A stretch of 63,654 nt of DNA, filler included, from Octopus bimaculoides (taxonomy: Eukaryota): NCBI RefSeq assembly GCF_001194135.2. It is 5 parts of 5 records of this genome, joined end to end, with 100 filler letters (N's around TTAATTAATTAA, not from the genome) between each part and the next. Parts side by side here need not be neighbours in the genome. Positions count along the whole stretch, not along the records: positions 1 to 26,219 come from NC_068986.1; 4 more parts are not named here. One strand, 5' to 3'. Below the pieces are notes generated by a model that ran no database searches, had not been told where the DNA came from, and saw only the letters and a program-made list of their open reading frames with translations. Position numbers and translations under genes: made by a program. Position 1 is the stretch's first letter, and every line of letters begins with the position of its first letter. Shown piece by piece: positions 1-12,771 of this stretch.

Positions 1-31
1 TATATATATATATATATATATATACATATAT

Positions 32-180
32 ATCATCATCATCGTTTAATGTCCGCTTTCCATGCTAGCATGGGTTGGACGATTTGACTGAGGACTGGTG
101 AACCAGATGGCTACACCAGGCTCCAATCTAATTTGGCAGAGTTTATACAGCTGGATGCCCTTCCTAATGCCAACCACTCA
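32..180 (-). mobile_element. 3' tail of RTE-type LINE (or SINE sharing that tail)
   Basis: Minus strand ends ...CCAACCCATGCTAGCATGGAAAGCGGACATTAAACGATGATGATG. The same tail family recurs at ~4050, ~6455 and ~9640, and at 6455-6872 it is joined to RTE ORF2 coding sequence. Confidence 0.7.
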
Positions 181-448
181 GTAATTTTTAGCCATTTGTT
201 GTAGCAACTTTGTTTTTAAGTAGTTGTTATGCTTAGCACCCACCTAAGTGGTGAGTGAGGTATCATAACTAACTTAGCATGGATAATCTTCATTTATAGA
301 ATAGACCTGTGTGTGTGTATGTATTCACTTTTTACACGAAAACAGCTGCACAAATTGCTTCCATACTTTTGATTCATGAATAGTTTGACCTTGGATACAT
401 AATAGAGTCTTCAGTTTATTTTTTTATTAAAAATAAATAATATTGCTT

Positions 449-495
<47 letters not shown>

Positions 496-779
496 GATTC
501 ACTTCTTTAAAAAGGTTTCTCAATGTCAATTTCTGGTATTGAAGTAGCAATATTTTCCATTTTCATTTGCAAAGTTTCTCACTCATTATTTTAATGTTTT
601 CATTTCAAGTTTTAATTTGCTTTTTGCAAACAACTATGATAAATTACTGAAAGAAATATTTACTAAGTTCACAAATTTAAATATTCGGTAGAAGATAGTT
701 TCTAATGAGCTTTTATTTATATGACTTTTTCATTTCATGTTTATTTTATTCATTGTTTGCAATGTTCTTTCTTTCTCCC

Positions 780-978
780 TGTCTTTCTCTCTTACACACA
801 CACACACACACGTCAGTCACACACACATGTGCGTTTTTCTTTGTACGTTTGTATACATTTATGTATGTGTGTGTGTTTGTGAGAGAGAGAGAGTGTGTGA
901 TGTCTAAGTGGCACTCTCTCTCTCTCACTTTCTCTCTCTCTCTCTCCCTCCCTTTCTCTCTCTCTCTCTCTCTCCCTT

Positions 979-1009
<31 letters not shown>

Positions 1010-1050
1010 TCCATTTCATATGTTGTTGATACAGTATGTATGTGTGAGTG
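780..1050. repeat. compound (CA)n/(GA)n/(CT)n microsatellite
   Basis: Visible dinucleotide runs; source of the spurious RERERE and LSLSLS ORFs. Confidence 0.95.
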
Positions 1051-1149
1051 TGCGTGGGGTGTTCCACAATCTCCATTTATTTCAATCACTCTTGTAAAGA
1101 TATTCATATAACTCATTTTTTCATTTAATCCCCATTTTAATTTTTGAAA

Positions 1150-2248
1150 AAGTTTCTGAGAAAAATGTTCTCACTCTCTACAAGAGGAGACAGGATAGAT
1201 GTAGATGATCAGTGTTCTACAATGAAACAAAGACGAATACAGGTAGCCAGAGTCATTGTTGTATTCTGCAACCTTGTTAACTCTATTAAGTGTTTGCAAA
1301 TATATAAACAAAGGTTTAGATGCTGCAACATACACTCTTATGCAGAATGGCAGTCAGCACGTAAATAAAAATAAAAATGACGAGGATACATAGTATGACC
1401 GAAGAAGATACATCAGTACCAATGGGGCATTTTGCCACATCTTCAATTTTCCCATTCATGAGAATCACCCAGCCATCATTCATCTGAGTGTCCATCTGGA
1501 GAATGGCCACAGGGTTATCTTTACAAAACAAACAGCCTTGCAACAAACACTTTCTCCAAAAGAAACTACCCTTACTACCTTTTCTAAGTTGTGTCATGTA
1601 GATGAAGATGCAAGAAAACTCCTTTACCCACAATTACCCAAGTATTACATTTGTTGGAGAAACAATAAATGGCACAAGTGGAAATAGGCTGATGCTCTTG
1701 CAAGAGTTTACAGTGTCCCCCCACACACCAAGCAGAATGCAACTACTTATGGCTCCTTTTGTATGAAGTACGTGGTCCCAAATCATTCTAAGATTTGAGA
1801 AGACTAAATGGTCATGTATGTTAAACTTATAGGGAAGCATGCTATCAACAAGGTTTTTCTAGAAAATGATGACCATTGGGATCTTGCATTGACTGAAGCA
1901 TCAGTATCAGATTCTCCAAGGAAATTCTGTAACCTTTTTGCAGTTATACTGAACGTGTCAACTTGGCAGTCCCCTACAGCTTTGGATGAAACATCATGGC
2001 TGAGGACTTAAAGTATGCAATTTTTAACCAAGCACTGATTGAAATTGAAGATCAAGTTTTGGCCCTAGGAGGCAAAAATTTTCAAGTCTCTCTCTCGGGA
2101 CTGCCAAAAACAAACCATCAAATTAGTGATTTAAGTTCAAGAGACATAACAAGAGGGACAAATTATGACATCACAGAATTGGCTGCATTTGTGGTTGAAC
2201 ATGAACCTAAACTTCTTCCAGAACAATGCTGTGCATATGATCCAATTT

Positions 2249-2250
<2 letters not shown>
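1150..2250 (+). mobile_element. Helitron Rep/helicase remnant (frameshifted)
   Basis: Broken frames read YISTNGAFCHIFNFPIHENHPAIIHLSVHLENGHRVIF, FLENDDHWDLALTEASVSDSPRKFCNLFAVIL and AEDLKYAIFNQALIEIED...TNYDITELAAFVVEHEPKLLPEQ. These match the Helitron region from the end of Rep (RYISSxEAxWRI...HLENGQRVYF) to just before the Pif1 helicase. Confidence 0.9.
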
Positions 2251-2308
<58 letters not shown>

Positions 2309-2863
2309 AATTGTTTCCCCAATTGAAGAATAAATTGAAGTTAGAATAACAAATTTCTATACAACATATTTTGCGATTTTCTTCTCAGGTAATGCCAGAT
2401 GCTTCTGCTAGTAAATGATAAGAAATTAATAGAGATGAGAGTTGTAAATTTACTTTATATATTGCAACTTAATGACTTCCTTGTGCCTGATGAGATATAA
2501 CTAAATTTTCTATATCAGGATGAGCAACTGTGTAGATTCTAGATAGTTGCTTAACCTACTAGGAATAGCAGCACACTACTTATCTCTCATTTTATTATAA
2601 TAACCATGACTAGTTTTATCATGTATAATTTAATTACAACTACAGGTAAAATTTAATTTGTATATCATGTTACCTCACCACACTTCTCACTGCCTTCTAA
2701 AGCCTAACACCCACTTCAACATGCCTCTCACCCTCTTGGGAGTGGTACTGCCCACATTGAGAACCTTTGCTTTAGATCTAGCCTGGCCATCCTCAATTAA
2801 TGATCACACTGGCCATTATGTCCATGCTGAGCATGATTATGTAATGTGTTAGGTACGATAGAT

Positions 2864-3192
2864 GCAGGCATGGCTGTGTTGAAAGAAGCTTACTTCCCAG
2901 CCACATGATTCCAGGTTCAGTCCCACTGCATGTTACCTTCACTAAGTGTCTTCTTCTATAACCTCAGGCTGAGTGGATTTGATAGATGAAAACTGAAAAA
3001 AGCCTGTTGTATATATATACATATATATATATGTGTGTGTGTGTGTCTGTCTGTCCCCCATAACTTAGTGGCTGATATAAGTACTGGGCTTAAAAAATAA
3101 GTCCTGGGGGCAATTTATTCAATTAAAAACCTTTCAATGTGATGCCCCAGCATGGCCACAGTCAAATGACTAAAATAAGTAAAGGATAAAAG
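2864..3192 (+). mobile_element. tRNA-derived SINE, family A (CORE-like central block), decayed
   Basis: Head GGCATGGCTGTGTTG...GGTTCAGTCCCACTG, then AAGTGTCTTCT, an internal (TA/TG)n and the tail ...CCAGCATGGCCACAGTCAAATGACTAAAATAAGT. Collinear with the young copies at 8891 and 19060. Confidence 0.85.
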
Positions 3193-4011
3193 ATATTTGA
3201 CTGCTGTTGTTTTGTCATTGTTGATTAGCCCCACATCAACCTTGGATAAGCAGACATAAGATCAAAGTTATTCCAGTTATGACTCTCCAGTCTTTTAAAA
3301 GATATCTCAAGACTATATTATGTTGTGCTCTTTCTTTTTAAGCTGATGTGGTGTGACTTAAGAGAGATTTGATTGCTATTTCCATCATGTTGAATAGCTA
3401 CACTGACATTCCCTTGTTGCCTACTGTATAAATTGGTTGTACACATTTGATATTAATGGTTCTTTTTAGTTGTTTCTCTTGCTATGGAATTTTATAGAAT
3501 TCTAAGTAATATACTTTTCTTAATTCAAAATTGCCTTTGATGTTGATATTAATTTAGCAAAATGTCTAACCTCAGACATATACTCTTAGAGTTGGTGTTT
3601 TGTAGCTAAAATGCTCATACAAATGCTGACCACTCAGCCATGAAATGAGAATCATCTCTTTATTACAGTTAGGTCATGTGAAATTAGTAAAATAATATAG
3701 AGCTAAAGACATAACAGAATATGAGCAGTGGGTTTGAACCCACAGCAATCTTAATCTCTGCAACTCTTCTCAATGCTTAGGATACATTGTACGAATCACA
3801 TTCTGTTGACATTAATACAAAATATTCTTCTAATATCCAAACCAATCAATGAACAGAAAAATTGATATGGTTATGTTTTTAAAGAATTTTACTTCACAAT
3901 GACGTTACTGGAGCTGATCCTGCAGTGCAGTACTTTGGGCAAGTGTCTTTTATGCATTGGCCAGTACATAGTGAGTGGTAATTGGTAGATAGAAACTTAA
4001 CACAATTCCAT

Positions 4012-4049
<38 letters not shown>

Positions 4050-4050
<1 letters not shown>

Positions 4051-4200
4051 CATCATCATTGTTTAATGCCCACTTTCCAAACTGGCATGAGTTCAAAGGA
4101 CTGAGCTCCAATGTCTGTTTTGGCATGGTTTCTACTGCCTAAAGCCAATCACTTTACAGAGTTTAGTGGTTGCTTTTTTTTCATGGCATTACCACTATGA
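4050..4200 (-). mobile_element. RTE-type LINE 3' tail fragment
   Basis: CATCATCATTGTTTAATGCCCACTTTCC... is homologous to 32-180. Confidence 0.65.
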
Positions 4201-4721
4201 GGTCACCAAGTACTCAAAATGCAAAAAACCCCACCCCAACTAAGGGGTATACAATATTGAAGGAAATGCAAGTATGATAGAGGGACAGGAACAGGTGTTT
4301 TGCTGAAGAGAAGATACATGGCTATCCAGTTGGAAAAAGAGAGATGGTGAAGGCCTACCCTCAAGGTAGAAGGTGATATGAGAGAGAGGATAGGGATCAA
4401 AAAATAGAAAGGGTGGTAGGCAAGTTTGTATGAGTGTGAAAAAAGGGTTGCAGATGATGAGAGATGGGGATTGAGATGGGTATAGTGAATGTCAGTTTTG
4501 GTGGGGCAAGTGAAAGAAATTAGTGTGGGTCAGGGAGCAGGAGTTGAAAAGGAGTGGTAGTAGGGAAACAATGTGACATGTTGGGGAATAAATGGTATTA
4601 TTTATAGTACCTGAGTGAGTAGTACTATAGTTTAAAAAATTGATGGATGGAAGTTAGTGGGGAGGCTGGACAAGATCTCAATTATGCTGAGATGGATGGG
4701 TTTTCTGAAGCTTAGCATATC

Positions 4722-4820
4722 ACCATTCATCTCAGTCTTTTGTCACTTCCACTCAACATCTTGAGTTCAGCCTTCACCACTTAACCTCATGTCTTCCTGG
4801 ATCTCACTTTCCTACAAGTT
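4722..4820 (-). mobile_element. RTE LINE ORF2 C-terminal fragment
   Basis: Similar to the RTE C-terminal coding segment seen at 6700-6870. Confidence 0.5.
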
Positions 4821-4824
4821 CTAG

Positions 4825-4950
4825 TATTTATTTTTAAAGCCTGGTACTTATTTTGTCAGTATTAGTCTTTTTTGCAACAAGTTATGGGGATGTAAACAAA
4901 CTAACACTGGTGGCCAAATGCTGTTAGAGAGAGGCACACATACACACACA

Positions 4951-4987
<37 letters not shown>

Positions 4988-5150
4988 ATATATGATGGTC
5001 TTCCACACACGTTTCCATCTATCAAATTTACTCACTAAACGTTGGTCAGTCCAGCACTGTATATAGTAGAAACCAAGGTACCACATATCGAGACTGAACC
5101 AAAAACCACATGGTTGCAAAGGAAGCTTCCTAACCACACAGCCATGCAGA
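4825..5150 (-). mobile_element. SINE family A, decayed
   Basis: Reverse complement of the family A head (CATGGCTGTGTGGTTAGGAAGCTTCC...) and tail blocks. Confidence 0.8.
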
Positions 5151-6454
5151 ATAGCTTCACCAAAACTGAAATTGCAAGTTTGTCTTGTGACTTAAGTTTC
5201 ACATTACTTATCACTGAAACTCTTACCTGAAGATTGCAGTGGCATGAAATTCAAGTCATGAGGCAAACTCAAAGTTTCAGTTTTATTAAAAAAGCTGTAT
5301 TCTCTATGTATGTAGAGCACTCCTCTCTCATTCATTCAAAAATCGACATATATGTATGTATATATTGTTCATGTACTATATAAAACCCTAACACAATAAG
5401 ACTCTGAAACCATGAATTTTGTGATTCAAAAGACTAGCCAATCACATATTGGTTTTAATAAAGCATGTTCAATCAGATTTTTGTTTTCTTGGATGTGTGA
5501 TGGTAGATGTTAGAAATGCTTTTAGATAAAAAAAAATAAAAGATTACCTTGAGTAGCAGAGCAGAAATTTTATTTTATATAGGATAGTACAGTCAGTGAT
5601 AGAATTATAATACTACTTCTGAAAACTTACAAACAGACAGTTTTGTTGTATTGTACTACAAAACCAATTACAGAAATGGTCACTGAAGAAATTAATACTG
5701 GACACTACTCTCTTCTATGATTTGTACTTGTTTATTTTCTAGAAAACTAATAAAGAATGACTGATTGTAAGAGTGCAGAGAAATATATAAATTAATTTCA
5801 TTGTTCTTTATCAATATTAAGGCATGACAGGTTACATATATCTATAGAGCTTCCCTCTTCTTGCATAATGGAGACAACTTTCTATCCCTTGTACTTTATA
5901 CTTTCACTGAGAGCTCTCATGACAGTGAGCCCCAGCTCCTTAAATCATGGAGAAACGTAGCTTCTCTATTGTAGTGAAGACAACTGACCATGTGCAAAGT
6001 AACCTGTCTGGGATAGCAAAAATAATAAAAACTGGTGCAAATTGGTGGGTACCCTTTAGTGCTGATTGTATGATAAAATGCACACTGTAAGTGGTTGGTA
6101 ATAAAAATGTCATCAAGCTGTTGAAAACCATGTCCAAAAAAGGAAAGAATGAATGGTGTTGGTATGTATTGTCAGCTATAGTGCAGGTAACTCATTTATA
6201 AAAGCATTGGTTGAAATTGAATAAACATGTCATGTTGTAAATGGTTTGTAATGAGGGGGACATGTGGTTATAAATACCTTCTACAAAGCACACAACATAG
6301 GCAACAACATAGATTTTGGCCATCTTTGTTGCTGTCTGTGCTAAATGGCAAAGGACTGTGACAGATGTAAAATGCTGAGGCATTTTCAACCTATGTACAC
6401 ATGGTAGAAATGTGCATAAGATGTTTTATATTACATATGTTTTGTATGTGTGTG

Positions 6455-6872
6455 TTATCATCATTTAATGTCAGTTTTTCATACTGGCATGGGTAAGATG
6501 ATTTGACTGGAACTGGTAAGCCAAAGAACTGCACCAGGTTCCAGTTGTCTGTTTTCAGTTGGTTTCTATGACTGGATGCCCTTCCTAACGTCAACTACTT
6601 TACAGAATGTACTGAGTGTTTTTTACATGACATCAGCACTGGCAGCAACCATGATTCACTTACCTTGATGTGTCTTCTCAAGCACAGCAAATCGCTAGAA
6701 GTTTCAATCACTTGTCATTGCCTCTGTGAGGTTCAACAACTGAAGATCATATTTCACTGCCTTGTCCTACATCTTCTTGGGTCTAGCTCTTCCACAGGTT
6801 CTCTTCACAATTAAAGATTAACGCTTCTTTACACAGCTGTCTTCATCCATAAACATCACATGACCATACCAG
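6455..6872 (-). mobile_element. RTE LINE 3' end (ORF2 C-terminus plus 3' UTR)
   Basis: Minus frame WYGHVMFMDEDSCVKK...TCGRARPKK...LNLTEAMTSD matches the RTE ORF2 end (WYGHVxR...GRPRKTW), followed by the ATGATG tail. Confidence 0.85.
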
Positions 6873-6908
6873 TGACATACACACTATATATGTGTGTGTG
6901 TGTGTGTG

Positions 6909-6970
<62 letters not shown>

Positions 6971-8890
6971 CACATATATATATATGTACATACACACACA
7001 TACATACATGAATATTATACATATATACACACATGCACACATGTACACACATAAATACACACACACATATGGAGTAATGATAAAGCCAAAAGCTGATAAA
7101 GTGTAACTAATAGCATGTAAATATTGGGTTAAAAAAACCCTTTGGCTTGAAAAGAGTTGAAGGTTACCCATGGGATGTCAACAGTATATATATATATATA
7201 TATATAATACAAAAACACACAACTTGATATAATGGTATGTGATTTATCCATTCATTTTATATTTTTCTTCTGATAGTTTAATAATTTATTCTCTCCAAAG
7301 TTACTATCAGTTATGTCATGCATAGTTCAGGATTCTTTCAACTTTGAATCAAATAAATAAACAAATAAGTAAAAACAACACTTTTCTCAATATGACACCC
7401 AACTACTTTAACATCACCAGTCAATTGTTGAGTGCTGGGCAAAGTGTGTGTAGGGGTGCTCAGTTCTGTTGTCTTTCAGTGACATTTGCAATATATAATC
7501 TCCAGATTTTGACAACTGCTACCTGTCTGAATAAACAGAACTAATAAAAGTCTTCAACACTTGTTTGTTGCATGTTTTTGGCTTGTGGCAATTTCAAGAA
7601 TGGATGCCATTTCTTGAAAATAATTTGCATAAAACTAAAGATTTTATATAAATGAGATTTTAGCAGCAATCTTTATGTGAAGTATCTCTGACGGATACTT
7701 CCTCTTTGGAAGTCTGCAGTGATATCTCTGAATTGCAGCATACAATGTGAAGCATTAGGGAGATGGGGATGGGGTATTGATCATTCCTTTCCCTCCCCCC
7801 ATCCCAGTCCTCCACTCTGTGTTGTTTCCCTTGTGGTATTGTTGGGTGATTACTGTCCACATTACCCTGATCATTGAATGAGGGGAGCTGACAGCTAAAA
7901 TCTCTCAAAAGTTTTTATAGCTTTCCACACAGTAATTAGTTGAATCTCGTAAATTTCATTGAAATTGTTCTCCATTGAAGTTGGTAGTTTGAAATTTGTA
8001 TGTGTGTGTTTGTTAGTTTGTGTGTATATTTGTTCTTGTTTATTTGTAATGTGGGTAATTGGTTAAAACAAATACAAATTTGAATACTCTTGTTTATGGA
8101 ACAGTTACTGTTTCTAGTCATTAATTTAGCATTTGACATTTCTACCGTGTGATTTACATATGTTAGGGGTGTGTGAATAGCAGAGGTGTTCTTTCTTTTA
8201 GTGTGTAAATAAATATTGATTTGAGGCATAGATTTGGTTGTGTGTTAGGAAGTTTGCTTCACAACCATGTGGTTTTTGGTTCCATCCCACTTTGTGGCAC
8301 CTTATGCACGTGTCTTTTACTAGATTGATCAATAACTTGCCAGTTAAATTTTAAAATACTTTACATGAATATCAAGTAAGGTTGGTGATAAGAACAACAT
8401 CCAGCTCATGCCAGCATGAGAAAGCAGATGATGATAATGATTTCATTAAACTAAACACCAAAACCAATTTTAAATGGAGAAAGAGATACAGCCAACTGAA
8501 TTGACCTCAATATCTTACTGGTAGTTGGTACTGGAGAGAGAAAGGCAATGACAGCTCAGACAGGATTTAAACTCAGAATACACAACCTGAAGCTAAATAC
8601 TAAATAAATTTTATGAGAATTAATATTAGTTTCTTTTTACAGGATGCAAAGCTGAGTTTTATGAGACAATTGGAATGATGCATGTATATTACTGGTACTT
8701 ACAATCAATATGTGTGGGATTTGAACTAAAACACAGAGAAAACAAAACTAAATATTACAAGTAGGTCTACATTAGACATCCACTATTGATGGGCTTGTGT
8801 ACAGTTTCCATCAAGCTGATTTCATTCACACTGCTTTGACTTATGAATTGGTGTACATATATGCATATGTGTGTCCATATATAAGTTTAC

Positions 8891-9216
8891 TGTTTACTCT
8901 TTTCAGTCATTTGACTGTGGCAATGCTGGAGCACCGCCTTTAGTCGAGCAAATCGACCCCAGGACTTATTCTTTGGAAGCCTAGTACTTATTCTATAGGT
9001 CTCTTTTGCTGAACCGCTAAGTTATGGGGACGTAAACACACCAGCATCGGTTGTCAAGCGATGTTGGGGGGACAAACACAGACACACAAACACACACACA
9101 TATATATATATACAAATACATATATACGTCAGGCTTCTTTCAGTTTCCGTCTACCAAATCCACTCACAAGGCTTTGGTCGGCCCGAGGCTATAGTAGAAG
9201 ACACTTGCCCAAGGTA
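8891..9216 (-). mobile_element. SINE family A, young copy
   Basis: Near-intact body and tail with CpGs retained (GTCGAGCAAATCGACCCCAGG, GGTCGGCCCGAGGCTATAG). Confidence 0.9.
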
Positions 9217-9639
9217 CTACACAATATATACAGGAAAAATAGAACCCAAAACATGAGTATATATGTATTTTTTATTAATATTCAGCAGAAGCAGCTGAGT
9301 GACTCAAGGGCTGAGAATTCCATGCATTTGATAAGTGTCAACGTACAAAACTATTGGCCCTTGAGTCACTTTGTTGCTTCTGTTAAATATTAATAAAAAA
9401 ATTGTGTATACGCACACACACACACACATACACACATGTACGTTTGTAATTGAGAACTTAGCAGTTTCTTAAATAGAAATCGATAGAATAGTTACTAGAT
9501 ATATACTAGGGTCAACATAATCATTGAATGTAGTGCCCTCTCATGGCTGCAGTCCAATGACTGTAAAAAGAAAAGAGAAAAAGAGAATGTGTGTTGTCAG
9601 TTTTTTTATTTTTTATCTCTAGCTATTAAGGCTACCAAT

Positions 9640-9880
9640 AATCATTATCAAATAATGTCCACTTTTCCATGCTTGCGTGGGTTGGACAGGATTTGTTGAG
9701 GCAGATTTTTCTACAACTGGATGCTTTTCCTGTCATCAGCTCTCACCTGTTTCCAAGTAAAGTAATAATATTCCCCAATGTCAGATATGTTTTTTCAGAA
9801 TATTGGAAATGAATGGTGCTAGTTATGTGGAAATGCAAATCAGTGGCATTTATTTATAACTACCACATGAAGTCATAGCA
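9640..9880 (-). mobile_element. RTE-type LINE 3' tail fragment
   Basis: AATGTCCACTTTTCCATGCTTGCGTGGGTTGGAC...CTGGATGCTTTTCCTG is homologous to 32-180. Confidence 0.65.
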
Positions 9881-9935
9881 AGGAGACAGTAACAACACAC
9901 AATTGCACACTCACACATACATACACATATACATG

Positions 9936-10910
9936 CTAGAATTGAAAAATGTGCATGCTCAAAAGGGTTACAGAATGTCATAATAAACCTTAAAAAGTAT
10001 GGGACTAGCATTGTTGCTCAAAAATATTGGAATCGCTATTTGTTGTACGTTCTGAGGCATCTCAAAACATGTGTGAATTACGATATCATGATAATTATTA
10101 AACCAAGTTCTTAATATAACAATTTGAAAATGTACAAAATATGATCTTTGATTTCAAGTAAGTAAATTCATTATAATACTCTTTATATTAAAGCATATAA
10201 AAAACATATTTCACACTGCATGCAAATTACCATGATAATAAAAAAAAAACTGGATTTATGATGAAATCGAATCTATATAACAGTGAAAGTACAAAGCCAA
10301 AATAATTATAAGCAAAGATATATCGCATTATGATACGGTTGTACATAAGGTAAATGTGTTTGAAAGTTGTGGTTTCTTTGGTTTGTTTGTTCCCAAACAA
10401 CACTTGTTTTGGTGCTGTTGACACTGCTGGGTTGAATGGTACTGCCCAGGTGTTGAAACCATAATGATATCCGTGGAGCAGCTGATGATGGAGGTATGTT
10501 GGATTGTTGGTATGGCTGTTTTTGTCTATGTGGAATAGTATTATAATACATCCGTTTGATATTTATGGAATAGTTATGCGAATTAAACAAAGTATTACTA
10601 AATTATTTTTTATTGATTACTTGTAAATTTATAAAAATTATCATTCATAGATTGAATTACTGTGTAAAGATTACATTAGTATTTGTACACAATTGTTTTG
10701 TTAAAATTGAGTATACGATGATTTGACTTAATTCATTTTTAATATGATTTAATTTTATGAACTAAACAAATTTCTTGTGATAAAAGGATGCCACAAAATG
10801 TACAACATAGTGATTCCAATATTTTTGAGCAACAATGCTAGTCCCATACTTTTTAAGGCTTGTTTTGACATGCTGTAACTCTTTTGAATGTGCACATTTT
10901 GCAATTCTAG
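9936..10910. mobile_element. non-autonomous DNA element with long (~135 bp) terminal inverted repeats
   Basis: 9936-10070 (CTAGAATTG...AAAAAGTATGGGACTAGCATTGTTGCTCAAAAATATTGGAATC...) is the reverse complement of 10785-10910 (...GATTCCAATATTTTTGAGCAACAATGCTAGTCCCATACTTTTT...CAATTCTAG). Confidence 0.8.
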
Positions 10911-11159
10911 TTTCGTACCTTTTAAGGCAACGCTTGTAATATTTTATATATGTACCGTATTTCTCCTAATGGTGTGGTAGCTAATAGGTGTGTGCTTGTT
11001 CTTGTGTGTACATGTGTATGTGTGTTCTTGTATAGTCCCACAGATCTTGTTTAATTTAGCTTTAAAATTAATAGAAATCAATGTCCTTTATATTTCTTTC
11101 TTTCACATTTCCTTTCATCAATAGTAAGTGTTAATTTACATTTCTTCCTTTTCTCCATG

Positions 11160-11243
11160 CATGTTGCAATATTTCAGCTCTTTGATGCATGTTGCAATTT
11201 TTCGGCTCTTTGATGCATGTTGCAATATTTCGGCTCTTTGATG
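11160..11243. repeat. 28-bp tandem repeat, 3 copies
   Basis: CATGTTGCAAT(A/T)TTTC(A/G)GCTCTTTGATG x3. Confidence 0.95.
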
Positions 11244-11452
11244 GTTAAAAAAACACACCACATGGACTATTAAACTAATACAGCTCTTTCAACATTGATC
11301 TCGTTTTCTTCTTGGAAATTTACGGATTTACTTACATAAATGAAGCAGGTAAGAACAAATATCCAAGGCTTTTTTCAAGTTTAAAATGTGACATTGTTTT
11401 TGTTATATCTACATTCCACACACATAAATACATAAAAACAGAACACGCTCGT

Positions 11453-11510
<58 letters not shown>

Positions 11511-11749
11511 TCACTCACACATGTAGACACACACACCCACACACACAGACATGCACGAAGACAGCTCCATGCCAAACCATCACTCATTGGTTGATGACGA
11601 TTGAAAATTAATAAAATGCAATCACCATGCAAATGGTCATGACCCCCTTACACTTTTATTCGCAAGCTAGGCATATATTGTCAGACACTCAGTAGACTCA
11701 ACTATAACATTCCGTTGTTGGTCACTGCATGCCTGACAGATATGACAGA

Positions 11750-11890
11750 TTTTTTTCACTTTTTATCTACCCAATTCACTCACAAGGTTTTGTTTGGTCC
11801 AAGGCTATAGTAGAAGTCACTTGCCAAGCAGTGGGACTGAGCCCAAAACCATGTGATTGGAAAGCAACCTTATCATACTGCCATACCTGT
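11750..11890 (-). mobile_element. SINE family A 5' half, decayed
   Basis: CCAATTCACTCACAAGG...GGCTATAGTAGAAG...GTGGGACTGAGCCC. Confidence 0.75.
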
Positions 11891-12334
11891 GCTTACAAAA
11901 ATATCTGAAAGAAATTTTGCTGTTATGTACCTATATGTGTTAATGTGTTTCTATTGCATTTTTTGTAAACATTGTATCCTTTACATACAAAAAGGAAAAC
12001 AAAAAAAAAAAAAAAGATAGTTACTATAAGAATTCCTTGAAGGCTAAAAAAACCCACTGGTTTTTATTTTATTGATCCTTATAGAATGAAAAATGAAGAG
12101 TTTTATTTAAATGGTATTTAAACAGGACATTTAAATAGAAGTGTAACTGATAAAATGCACTTGCAGTGTTTGACAGATATTCATTTTATTGGGATGAAAG
12201 GTAAGTTGAACCTAATGGGATTTTAACTCACAATACAAAGAGACACCATTTAATCTGATATTCTACTAATTGTACCATCCACTGCTCTGATGACTACAAC
12301 AGTGGTGATAGTTGTTGCTGTTTTTAACATAGGC

Positions 12335-12770
12335 ACAAGGTCTGAAAATTTAGGGCAGGAGAATAGTCATTTATATCAACCCCCAATACTTCACTAGTAC
12401 TTTGATTACTCTTGGGCTGATGAAAGATAAAATTGACCTCAGTGGAATTTGAATTCAGAATGTCAAGACAGACAAAATGCCACTAAGCATTTTTCCCAGC
12501 ACTCTAACAATTCTGCCAGCTCACTGCCTTAATGATAATAATCTTTTCTACTATAGGCACAAGGCCTGGAATCTTGGGGGAGGGGGTAAGTCGATTACAT
12601 CGACCCCAGTACTCGACTGGTATTTGATTTATCAACCCTGAGAGGATGAAAGGCAAAGTCAACTTTGGCAGAATTTGAACTCAGAACGTAGTGATAGACA
12701 AAATGCTGTTAAGTATTTTGCCTGGCAGGCTAATGATTCTGCCTGCTCACTACCTTACATAATAATAATT
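12335..12770 (-). mobile_element. two tandem copies of tRNA-derived SINE family B, CpG-decayed
   Basis: Each contains the reverse complement of TTCTGAGTTCAAATTC...GTTGACTTTGCCTTTCATCC...AGTACCAG and the AGGCCTTGTGCCTAT tail. Confidence 0.85.
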
Positions 12771-12771
12771 A

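Noticed and set aside
2486-2519. CTGATGA followed by a GATATA/TATATC stem (hammerhead-like)
   Set aside because: No GAAA after the stem (AGGA instead) and no helix I; explained by a simple inverted repeat.
5227-5335. Minus-strand ATG-to-GTAAG segment (MNERGVLYIHREYSFF...)
   Set aside because: No homology recognised and no linked exons; not distinguishable from chance.
5940-6389. ~150-codon minus-strand frame broken by a single TGA (possible selenoprotein or readthrough)
   Set aside because: No recognisable domain, no SECIS identified, and the TGA is not in a redox-motif context; likely chance.
7660-7908. 82-aa minus-strand ORF in non-repetitive sequence
   Set aside because: No recognisable domain and weak splice context; cannot be supported without RNA data.
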